A stretch of 64,000 bases of DNA from Ophelia neglecta (lineage: Eukaryota), in assembly GCA_965285935.1 (NCBI GenBank), contig OZ260664.1, positions 69,564,001 to 69,628,000 on the forward strand. Reading direction: 5' to 3'. Under the pieces are notes generated by a model, which saw only the letters and a program-made list of their open reading frames with translations, was not told the DNA's origin and ran no database searches. Within the stretch, counting starts at the first letter, position 1. The number at the start of each line of letters is the position of its first letter. The translations under genes were made by a program, and so were the position numbers. Positions 52,601 through 64,000 of the stretch are shown one piece after another.

Positions 52601-55484
52601 AACGAAATATGCTTTCTTATTTGCCACTATAAAAGCTGTGATACACCTCATTTTTGAAGAGAGGAGGAAGGGGGGGGGGGTTGCATTGAAGGCTGGCACA
52701 GGCGCTGTATCGGGGCAGGATATGTTTGTGTTGAAGTGAGGACATAAATCAAGGTGGAGAAGTGCAATCTAATTTTTGATATTATCATTCGGTTTGGGAA
52801 GTATTTAGGTCGTTTACAACGTATTACTTCGGCAGAACAATAAAACCGGTTCTAAATAAGCACACATAGAATCAGCGGATACGGTAAGAAATTGTGTATG
52901 GGACCTCAATTCCCGCATCGTTCCAGGATCCCTACAAGGAAATACTCAGTTCATTTGGGTTAAAATTATTATCTTTGAACTGTCCATTATTAGCCAGTTC
53001 AAGGCATTGAATTGACCAGTTATCTATTAATTCAATTTGGACAAACTTCTACCACTATGACTGCAAGATTCCCCTTGTCCGAGCCCCGTTAAAAGTGACC
53101 GTCCAAGGTATAACGTATCGGCGCAGTCGGAGTAATCTCCTATGTGTTTATTTTTTATTTTTGAATAAATGTATTCAATAGTTAAGATACACTAATCATT
53201 TTATTTTGAAGCGAAGGAGGCAGGCAAATATATGAATGGACTGGAACGCAGCACATAGTCTTTAAAGGGATTAATTGGGGTATCCACGATAATAAAATTT
53301 TGAAAAGATGATTCAAGGTAGCTGGGCTAGCGTCACATCCGAACATCACCCGTCCACTGGCTCTGGTTTCAGGTTAACTGTCATCATAAAGTATTAAACG
53401 CGGCTTATAAAATGATTTTCACAAAAAAAAGCAACTCATTAAATGGTTCCTCCCCGTTTACTTTTGTAACAGAATGCCCCACCCACATTTAAAAAGACAG
53501 TGCCGCGCATGACGCACTGTCTAGCAACCTTTTCAGCGAGTTGCATGGTCCGTAGCAGCATGCTTCTAATGAAGACCGATTTTTTTAGCAAAATGCCAAA
53601 CAGCTCTCCTTAACTTTTACTTGATTGACAGAAATAATAATATGATCTCTTAACCCTTCGCAGTCTTCGTTGAAGGTTCCCGGCCGACAACGCTGTGTAC
53701 TGCAAAATGTACACTACAGTAGGTGGTATGGTAGTAATTTCGCCGAAGCAACATTAAAACATTGACATACTCGTTGTACGTCTACGCTCTAGTCGCCAAG
53801 ACACTAATCATTACTAGTACTGTTACTTTAAAGTCCAAAATAAAGTATCCCAAACAACATAAAGGTTCTAAACCAAGAAAGTTTTTAAAACTTTTGTTTA
53901 CCGCAACATAATTGTTCTTATATCAAAGAATGTGTTATCTGGCTCTACACAACATATACTGTATTAGTATAGGTGCTGTATCAAAGAGACATCTGTCGAG
54001 AATTTTAAGAAAATAAGAGCAAATAACTATCTCCAGAGGGCCGGTCATTCAATCTTGGAATATTAGTGATTATTTCAGTTTAGACAACTGTGTTTTCTAA
54101 AAGCCTCCAGGCATCAATGTCAGAGAAAACCCTATTATTCTACTGATACCGCTACTTTATAATGGAAAACCGAGCTCTCAATCAGGGGAACCAGTGTCGA
54201 CGGCGAGTTATGCTTCTTACAGAGTCCAGTTTAATAATTAAGCATATGATTTCTATCTTTTGTAATTGCTCTGATGAAAAACTCTAATTGTGTATTCTGT
54301 GGTGTCTTGTCCCGCTGCAGCTTCTTGCCTACCAAGGCTACAGCAATGAAACCACTGACTAATTGGATCACGCATGCCCAGGGAAAGAAAACTGGTTCAT
54401 GCATACCCGCTTTTACATGCTACTGAATATGGTGTAGTCGAAATTCAAGATTATATATTATAGGTTATTGCTTCTGACAATAACATTGCTAAATTTTGCA
54501 ATCAATACAAAAGGTTTGAAATCGTAAATATTAGAAAATCTTTCCTACAGGTAACTTACGAGTACAGGTCCGAGCAAACTGAATGTGTTTCTAAGATCAT
54601 ACACAATGCATCTCGTTACCACTAGCTCGTTTGTTTGGTGTTTGACTCGCATCATGAGGAACTTTCGACTACTTCTCATTTTAAGTAATATCAGCTGTAT
54701 GTATTTATTTTTCTATGTGCACTACGTGACTAGTTACTGGGTGGCAGCTGGAAATTGACGTATTTATACGTTTGGGGTTTTGGCTGCTGTTTTTTTGCGA
54801 TTTCGGAGCGATAAATGGACTTTCCTAGGTTAATGATTCAGATTGTCTCCCGGTATCCACCCCTGATTTTAAAGTAACACATTTGGGTTACTGGTATCCT
54901 TTCTGATGCCGCAGATGCCCGCTGTTTATAATGCTTGTGTTTCCCACTTACTTGACCATAATCTTTATAGTTCTCCTACAATATTTTATTCTATTATTTT
55001 GACCAATTGTTTTTGCCAGACCGCTCACTTCCCCATTCGCCTGACGTGGATTCCTGTGGCTTTAGAGTTTATTTTGTTCTACTTGTCATCTTGTGAAAAA
55101 AGGGTGCAAGTCTAATTCGTGCGGATGTCAGTTTTGACATGTTCATATCCTTTGAGAAAGGCTCATGAAGCAGGAAGGAAACAAACTTCAATGACTGGTT
55201 ACATCCCTTTTTGCAACTGTCACGAAAAATCCTATTACTGCAGCTCTGTCGTTATGTCAGCAGAAAAGAGTATCTCCATTTTGCAACTCCATGCACCTCT
55301 CTTCAAGGCCCATCTTTCAAACTTAAACTAAGATAAAATGTAGCCATATCGCTTAAAGTATGAATATTCATAAAACAACTAAATCTTCCACACTTAAGAT
55401 GGCACAGTGAATAATGAAAAAACGCGACTGAAAGCATCACATGCACAATCTTGAATGTAAAATAACGGCAGTGGATAAAACAGT

Positions 55485-55604
55485 AGACAAAGCCAAATCG
55501 TTTATCTGGAATGGTCAATAAATCGGTTCGAAATCATCAGGAACAAGCAGCCACAGGCCAGTCACACACACCAATACATCAATCTGTAGCTCCCAAACAG
55601 CAAA
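55485..55604 (+). repeat. Dispersed repeat, copy B (~120 bp)
   Basis: Same-orientation homologue of 7877-7985, 47.6 kb away. Confidence 0.7.
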
Positions 55605-58600
55605 TAAACCTGTATTAAAAGTTAATTTACTGATTGTGTTTTATGCTTATGTCTATTCTATTATTAGTTTGCATTAAATGGAAAATGAACATAAACTTGG
55701 TATCATTTGCAATGAGAAGTAGCACCAATTTTCTATGATGCGGATCAGAACACAAGGCTAATGAGTCAGTATTAGGACAGATGGAATATGCCCCTGGAGA
55801 GCTAGGTTGGTCTTAGTTCTCTCATAATTTAGACACCATTGATAAAATTGTCTCAATAAACGAGCCCCTGCTCCCGTCGTTACGTTCGCTGTATGGCTGG
55901 CCTCGCCGTTCATCGGGGGCGGTGAACTATGTCTTGGGAGCTTAATCAATATGGTTTAAAGTGTTCTTTTTGTATTAATCTACCGATAAAGAATACCTTA
56001 TATGATCAGTAAGGAATCCTAGAGTGAGGGACCGAAGGGATCAATCGCCAGCTTTTGAAAGTCCTTTTTGAATGGTATAGGACTGGTATTATGTGGTCAC
56101 GTATGTGGGTATGTGTAAACAATCTAGCGATGAAGTTTCCATTATCTGCAGTCGTTTAAGCACAGCTGCCGACACACTAAATAGACGAAAATGATTTATT
56201 TCATGCCGTGTGTCACAAGTGTAGTTGCAAGTTATTCGTAGATTCAGTTTTCTGACCTTTTCTTACGCGTCCAATACTTCGGATATTAATACTCTAGCAT
56301 GTGGCGGATCTGACAAGCACACTCGTCCCATGGGACGCTTGATGCTAGCGATCGGAGCCATTTAAAGCATGGGTCATTTTTGGTGCGTACCCAGAATAAG
56401 AAATGTTTTGTCAGAGATTAACTACCTGCTACATCTTGAACTTCCGGGAGCTATTTGTCAATTTTCCATCATATTTCGTTTTGGAGGCATTTCTTGTCGG
56501 GGTCAGGAACAGCTTATTGGCCATGTGCTCTCAAGGCACACCTTCCATTTTGACGACCCGATATCTCAGAGCAAATCCACCCCGATTCACTTTGAACTTG
56601 GCTACCCTGTTTCAGGAAAAGTTGGTATCATATAGTTATTTGAGTGCGCAATTTTTCATCTGCAATTGATATCATTTAATACCCAAGCCTGGGTATCATA
56701 TAATATTTAGACAGAGTAGATGAAAATGTTACAGTAAACAATAGGCCAAAGAGGGATGTTAAAGGTCCCTGAATACTAAAGAGGAAATGGCTTGCGATCT
56801 TCTCGATAGTACCTAATTACTTATGCGAAAATAAGCAGCCACGCTTTTATTGTGAAGGAACACGTGCATCTTCAACATACGACATCATAATAGCATGAAG
56901 CAGATGCACATGGCACCTTGACCTCGGATGATCGGAACTGATCACTTTTTTACTGCGGAGGTATTAAAACAATGACAACTAGATCCCTCACATAAGCAGT
57001 TTAAAGGAAAGCCATAGCTCGTATTGTGACTCACCTTCAGTATATCAATTCACATGAAGGGGTAGCATATTTATCCATAAATTTCGAAAATGCTCATTTG
57101 AACCTGGACATTCGTACACTTTTGCGGTTTACACATCGGCAACAAAAACGACGACAACGACGAATAATGAAACAGTAGAATAGTTCGGGTTAACTAGGAT
57201 GTTCATACAAACGATGGTTTGAATAACTAAACTAGGAACATAATGATTATACTTACAAAACATGATCAGAAATGTAATGTTATAGCATAAGGATTTCGGT
57301 TTGTTGAGACGTCTCTTCTTTGACCAGACGCAGGTGTGTGTTACAAGAAACCTTACACGTTTCATATCCTAGGAACAGTTCTGCGTCATTCATCTCTTAA
57401 GTATCTTTTTACAATTACCTGACAGGGAGCTCAACTGAGTTTGAGGCGATTCCCTATGTGGTCTAAGAAACACGTAATATGTAGTTCTCGGGGGTTTAGG
57501 AAGATAACAGTTTTAAGGCACTCACTTTCATCTGTACCACTTAATTAGCTTATACAGACCATTTACAAAATACCTCCTGCCAGTGGTGGGCAGGACAGAA
57601 ACCCGACTTGGATGCAGTGTATTAAAACAAAGATAATGTGAATTGATTGGGGTGGATCGACAGTAAAAACGAAAACTACAGTCCTCGGACCAATGGCTTA
57701 AAACACTCGGTTCATATTTTAGAAATTGAGATGATGAACAAAAGACGATTTTTCTGTTTATTTTATATTGTAACAATCATTTTACACTTTTAGATGTACT
57801 TCAATATGCTCTGTTACTACTTTTCTCGACTTATATTAGGCCATTTTTCACCAAGTTGTGTCATTTAGGCCATTCGGCAAGAACAGTTATTTGTACTCAG
57901 GCCCTTTTGTCAGTTCATCCTATCTTTTATGAGTTTGTATTATTCAGCTTATACCTGGATTAAATGTCAAAAATCTCTCCATGCAAAATATTTCAATGAT
58001 CATTTAAATATCAACTGGAGAGACAAATACACCTACGGATGATCGTATTTATGATTCGCCTTATCGCACAAAGTCCATGTAATATGATTTTTACTTCCTT
58101 GATTGCTAGTTTTGTTTCAATATATGTATTCATTTAAGAGGAGACTTCGAGTGAATACATACATACCCAACCCTTATTCCGCGAAGTTGACGCATCAGAA
58201 CACCTCCCACCTAAATCCTCAATCTAGGATAATGGACACTGTCTGTTCCATTACTATCCTAGGAAGCTAAGTTGACAACATGATCACGTTAAACACTGTT
58301 GTGCCAAATTGGCCTAAATGCCGAAGCTCGTCAAGACTAACCTGGCCTTTGTTAAATAATTGTGCTTTGATCTAGTCCTAAATTGGAATAAGTGACATAT
58401 CCTTTCAGCAGCCGAACGGCCTATGAAACCTTACAAATTGACCCAAATCACAAAGCTAATAGAGAATTTTAGACTTAGTCAATATAAAGCAAGACTTTCG
58501 GGCAATGTTGATAAAAAAAAAGCTTCCATTTTGTGATCTGCCACCTTCCTTTGCCTTTTGGCCTTTGGCCTTGCATTTCTTTTGGTAAATCATGTTAAGC

Positions 58601-61600
58601 TTTTTCATAGTGATACATTCCTTAAATTTTGTGTCATAAAATGTGTCTTCGTTAAACTATTTTAATACCAACCAGTTGCATTGTAAATTTACCCATAAAG
58701 ACTTTACTGCCAGATATGTAAGGAAGCCATGACAGTAACCGACGAGAATATTGGCACCTGGGTGCAGTGACTCTGCTAGCACCTCAAGGGGAAGGAATGA
58801 AATAAAAAGTGCGGTGCTGTATGAAAGTATTGCGACCTCTAGACCAACATGACACATTAGCCTTGATCAATATTCCGGCTCGCTGTCTGGATGATGCACA
58901 GGTCTATAAGGTTGGCCCAGTTAAGACCCTTATTTGCTCGGATAATTCATTGAAAGTCGTATAAAATCAAAACACGCAACAGCAGGCTTTTAGTCTGGCG
59001 CAAGAATAACCGTGATTTATGATATCAATAATAACAGACACACGTATACGTTGGGTAAGCCGATGATACTCTGGGTTCTCGGGAAAACCTTAAGTCGGAA
59101 ATTGCCATCACCACGTCACTTGTTCCTCTGGAGCGAAAGGAAAGACAGTAAAGAGTACCTACTTTACTGTAAATTAGATTCTCAATCCGTTAATGGCAAA
59201 AGCAGTTTGAAGCAATCTCCTTTATTGCAGCTTTTGACCATACCTTACAAAGGAATCAGCAGTTCATCTATTCGACCATATAAACCGCAAAGATTTTATC
59301 TAAGAAAAAAACAAATAGAGAAGTCATAACTGGAATAATTGTCTTATTCTGCATATAGTTTGATTCCATTTATGCACATAATACTTTGTATTTTGCGACA
59401 AGCGTAAAATTGGTATAGGCCTACTATTGTTCCTTACTCCTATTCCGTGTTTTTTCTCGCGTGGGCTCTCGCATAGTAATCCTACCGCTGAACATACACT
59501 GCAGCGTTCATGGTGCGGTGACTGATACAACAGGCCAAAATAAATATGTAGACACCTGGCTTTTACAATAAACGTTTAGCCGAGCAAAGCGGTATGAAAA
59601 TCCACTGGTGGCCAAGTCTCTGATGCTCCCAGTTGTTATTATGGAACAGTAGTGAACGGAATAATATAATAATGTCAGGCATACTCATTAAAATAAAATT
59701 CATGTCTTACAAATCACCATAATAGTACCTTAAAACATAAAAAAAGTTACTTTACCCATTAGTGCGAGAGACAGTTTATTTTAACCAGTCTGGTGGTGGG
59801 GGTAGGAGGGAAGAGGTGTGAGGTGGGTGTAAAAGATGGTGTCATGAGGCATGTTTTCCGCAATACCTCTCCTCCGTGTAGCTCATGTTGATAACATTCA
59901 GTGTTAAAAAAAGACTGTTATGGAGAAGGCAAAAAAAATCTGCTCACCACCCTCTACAATATCAAATGGTCGGCCTCTAAGATGTCCACTGCATGATCCG
60001 AGTCGAGGCCCAAAACAAACGTGGTAGTGGTCACCGAGTGCTACGAGTTAATGATGGACCAAGGTCTCACTTAATTGTGAGACAATAGATGATGAAAACA
60101 AGCACATAAAAGGATATGAAAGGTTTTTGCATAAGAAAGAGGAAGGGGGTGTTCAGGCTCCAGACCCGCTTAGAATGAATGGTGGAAAATTTGTCGGTGA
60201 CTTTGCAAAATGCTTGTTTTAACCTGGAGACTTCATAACTGTGGGTCAGTATCCTTTTACTCTTGTTTGAAACTTGAGAAATGAGATAGCATGAAGCAGT
60301 CGGATAGACGTCACTTAAGCCGTTTATGCTCAAGGAACAGGTGATGGTATTACTACGCTTTTACTGACTTATTAAATAATATCCCGGCTTGATTGGACCT
60401 AATGCTTGGTCGCCATTAACAGTGCGTCTTGGAATCCCCATAGCATGTAAATAACATTCCGATTGGAGCACAAGAGTACACATAGGCTACATTGGGGGAA
60501 CACGGAAAAACAAAATACTTCTTAATCAGGCCACTTCTTAAGTCCAGGCTAATGGTAGCAAATGCGAAAACTAGATACGTTTCGGTTAAGAGTATATGGT
60601 GTTTATTTACAAATAGAATAAGCCTTTGTTAGTCAGTGGTAAATCAAATTATGTACACACTCTTTCAATCCAAGAGTACGTAGATTTCAGACAAGTGCAA
60701 GTGCTAATATCGAATTAGTTTGATAAGACGAAAACCAATTTAACCCACGTAATCAATTCTTCTAGTTGCCTGGTACAGTTTTTATGACACTTGGTTATTT
60801 TTATTATTGAATTCAGTCGGCACGAAAGTGTCTTGTTATACCAGAGAGTTGACAGAATATAAAAAGTACTCAATATACATTACAAAAGAACCCAGCAGTA
60901 AGTAGCTGAAATTGTTACAATATTTAAAATAAAAATATTAATGGCAATTAAATGTAACTTCGTGTAAGATTGAAATATCTAAGTCTTTCTGAAGTAGTGT
61001 TTATCTGTAGGAGTGAACGTCTGCTGATTCTAGCGTTTTCGACTGAGGTGGCGTCATCTTACGGCCTGGCATGACGATTTTCCGTACAACCGATTTGCAT
61101 GTAACATCTTAAAGGGCAAAATAACGATGGCATCCGAAGAATAAAATGGTATTGCATGGAGTCAACGCGCAGGTCTCAATCTTTTGATAGATGTAGAAAA
61201 ATGATTTCTGTTGAAAAAATAGACATACTATAAATGTAGCGTTTGGGTCACGACATGATTGCCTTTTAGTTGACATTCTCAAGAGGTGGTACCTTATAAT
61301 GATTAACAAGGCGTCGTTATGATATGCTACAAGAAATAAAGAAATAACAACTTTCTTTCTATCAGCAAGTACACTTTGGAATTAAACGACTAGACACCGG
61401 GATCGGGATTACTGTCCAGAGATTTCATTAGTATTTCCATTTCATGAAATATCCAGCCTGGACACACTGGTCCTAAAGAATAATGTTGGAAAAATGGTAT
61501 CCAGGAGGCTGACTGCGTATTTGTGTGATAATTTAAGGGCAGGAATTATCCAGTCATATTATATGCTCCATATTATACAACAGAACTGAGCTGGCACTAA

Positions 61601-62503
61601 AAAGGGTTCGGAATCTAGTCCACCTCGGTGGATGATAATGGTATAGTAGTACTAATTTTATTGTATCTGTATCAGTGTTGTGTGTTGATAAATTCTTCGT
61701 CCTAATCTTCTCCGGCAGATAAATTCCTGGCTCAGTCGTTCTAACATAAAATTTGATTGGTTCATGTATAAGGTGACAGAGCGCAAATGAAATTGGTAAA
61801 TAAGGATTTCGCGGGTCTTGTCAGCTTGTCTGCTATTTCGTGCCGAATTTGCTTGTAATTCGGGGTATTTTCTTACAGAGGTATTAAGTGGTGACAGCAA
61901 TCTGCTCTACGAATGCTGGCTAAGCTCTTTCCACAGTGTCGCGTGCACGAGCATAAACTACCCCCCCCCCCCCCCCATTATCCCACCACGTGCACTTTTC
62001 AGCGCAGCATGGGGCGAGGCGTTGCAAATAACTCCTCGTCAACTTAACGCCGAGGTGCCTTTCCGGAACCAATCTACCGTGAAACTCATCATCTGGGACG
62101 TAGACACCTTGCTGAGATTTATGGCCGAGATAGCCCATTAAGTATACATGTCACGTGAAAAGGAGCCATTAAACTGGTAGCGCGCGGACTTCATGCTGTG
62201 TTGAGTCACCATTTGAGCCTGCCTGTCACTTAGTTGGTCATTAAAATGATAAAATGCCATTATAACCAATCATCTCGACTAATGATCAGGGCGACCCGCG
62301 CTTAACCTCCAGTCGATGCTATTGCTCGAGAAAGTCCGTACAAAAAATAAACATGCATAACGTTTGCCCATGAGAAAAAGAACATTGATACTTCATTTAT
62401 TATCGTTCCTTCGAGTTGTAAAGTCGTGTACCGCTCATTATCAGCAACTCCAATTTGGTCGGCTTACATATTCTTACAGCGTGCATCTAAACAATAAACC
62501 ATC

Positions 62504-62572
62504 ACTGTATGTTCGCACACAATTAAACAATACTGTATGTCCGCATACAATTAAACAATATTGTATGTTCGC
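62504..62572 (+). repeat. Minisatellite, 28-bp unit x ~2.5
   Basis: actgtatgttcgcacacaattaaacaat / actgtatgtccgcatacaattaaacaat / attgtatgttcgc. Confidence 0.85.
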
Positions 62573-64000
62573 GGAAACATGCATGTTTCTCGTCACAAAT
62601 AATCTAAATATGAAAGAATGCTATTCACAAATAACACTGATTGATATAAGCAGGGTGTGAACGGATTGTTTTTACAAATACCGCGTAAATAGTAATCTGT
62701 ATGGATTTCTAATATTTTCTGAAACTACTAGTAGTGAGTGGTTGGTATGTTGGAAAAATAGTCCATGGAATGAATGTCAGATTAGCATCAAGTTGCTGGA
62801 TATAAAGACACGATTTAATGTATAAACATCGGTAAAGTAGTATTCAAATGGGCCTTTCAAAATATATATTTGTACATACATGCGTATTACTACATCATAA
62901 CCATAACGTTAGAACCCATCAAATAACTTTATACTAAATCGCAGGTACGAAACGTTGCTATATATCTAGATTAGTTTTGGAGAGGACGTAGTGTTAAGGA
63001 TGTAATTTTTAGTTAATGGCTAGCAAAATTCTACAACATACAGAATTTCAATCCAAACATTCGTATCTGTCCATCTCGAAATTCACCCTTAACTTGTAGC
63101 AAGTTTATTTATAGTTAAAATATGCCTTGAGGGACAACTCAATCCTGTTTCATACAAACTCCGCCCAATCTCATCTTGAATATGGATCATAGAGATGGTC
63201 TTGGCCAGCAGTATAATTCAGTACGCTAAGAGCTCTGTCACTAGATGACAGGACAGTAGTCTCACCTATCTCATCTAGCCAAGTCGTTCATTAACTTGAC
63301 AAACATATTACAATAACATAGCACATTACTATAGACCAAGGTAATGAATTTATCAATGGAATAAGTTGGGTTGTTAAGTCGTAAATTTAGGGGAATTTAC
63401 TCTTACAGAATAGGCCGTTGTTTCGTATATATAAAGCAGTTATGATGGAAACAGGCCCGGCCGGTCGATGATTGTCGTTGATATAGCCATGATTGCAGCT
63501 ATGCTGATATTTACGGCAAAATAAATAATTTCTATTAAAACACCGGTTTTTCGGCCAAGATATAACCCATCCTCGGTCAGATATAACTCTTGTGATTACA
63601 AGAAGCGAAGTCCTCATCACTAAAGCCTGAACATATTGGGTTATGGAAGAGCGGTGAATTAATTAGGTTCATCCAAAGCAGACAAGGTATTCAGGTCCAA
63701 GACGTTCCCTGTGTCCTCATATATCGCGAAGTACGCCATTTAACCTAAAATTGCCAAACATATGGTCGAACATATTAAGAGCATCTCTAAATCTTCCCCA
63801 CCAGTGATGTGACCTTAAACCTTGCAGTTGTAGTGGTTGTTTAAAGGTTTCTTCAATAAAAACTTCTTTGGGGACTATAACAACCAATGGCTGTCTAAGT
63901 ACATCCCTACATGTTAACACATGTGATGCATAACTCAGTCCAGGACCTCAAGGTGAAAGGGCCCTAAACATCACCAGGGGTCCGGGCTACTGACTTTTAT

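Noticed and set aside
58224-58262. Imperfect hairpin ctaggata-atgga...tccat-tac-tatcctag as a pre-miRNA
   Set aside because: Too short (~39 nt) and no match to conserved miRNAs I recognise
59766-59980. G-rich stretch ending atatcaaatggtcggcctctaa, resembling a MITE end
   Set aside because: No convincing partner TIR
62504-62572. 28-bp repeats as a CRISPR-like array
   Set aside because: Head-to-tail tandem units with no spacers, in a eukaryotic context
2966-63920. The remaining 60-130 aa ORFs in the track
   Set aside because: Lengths and compositions match random AT-rich non-coding DNA; many start at GTG/TTG; no recognisable domains

Overview
AT-rich (roughly 37-39% GC by eye), intron-containing animal genomic DNA, most likely a lophotrochozoan invertebrate (inferred from the protocadherin motifs). 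It holds one clearly supportable protein-coding gene: a solitary minus-strand non-clustered (delta-type) protocadherin. I rebuilt it from three phase-compatible coding exons (34389-31612, 29392-29260, 28793-28297; 3408 nt, 1135 aa). The product has a signal peptide, 7 cadherin repeats encoded in one giant exon, a transmembrane helix, and a cytoplasmic tail with YNCR, CM1-like (DSGRGSSE), WIRS-like (LTTFRS) and DDDATTIAGSY motifs. The remaining ~57 kb is gene-poor. It contains a heavily deleted LINE relic (APE endonuclease + RT + CCHC knuckle, ~400-2300), three copies of a TA-flanked CAGTGAAACCTG MITE family, another foldback MITE, a candidate mini-Helitron, a dispersed ~110 bp repeat, microsatellites, G-tracts and a 140-N assembly gap. 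The leads most worth following are: the delta1/delta2 mosaic architecture of the protocadherin with a possible WAVE-complex ligand; a possible short intron-read-through isoform ending in a PDZ-type -SGL; a roughly 10-fold excess of the palindrome TAGGCCTA; and a possible decayed trypsin-like exon. I found no convincing evidence of a wholly new biological system. The other short ORFs in the track look like noise.
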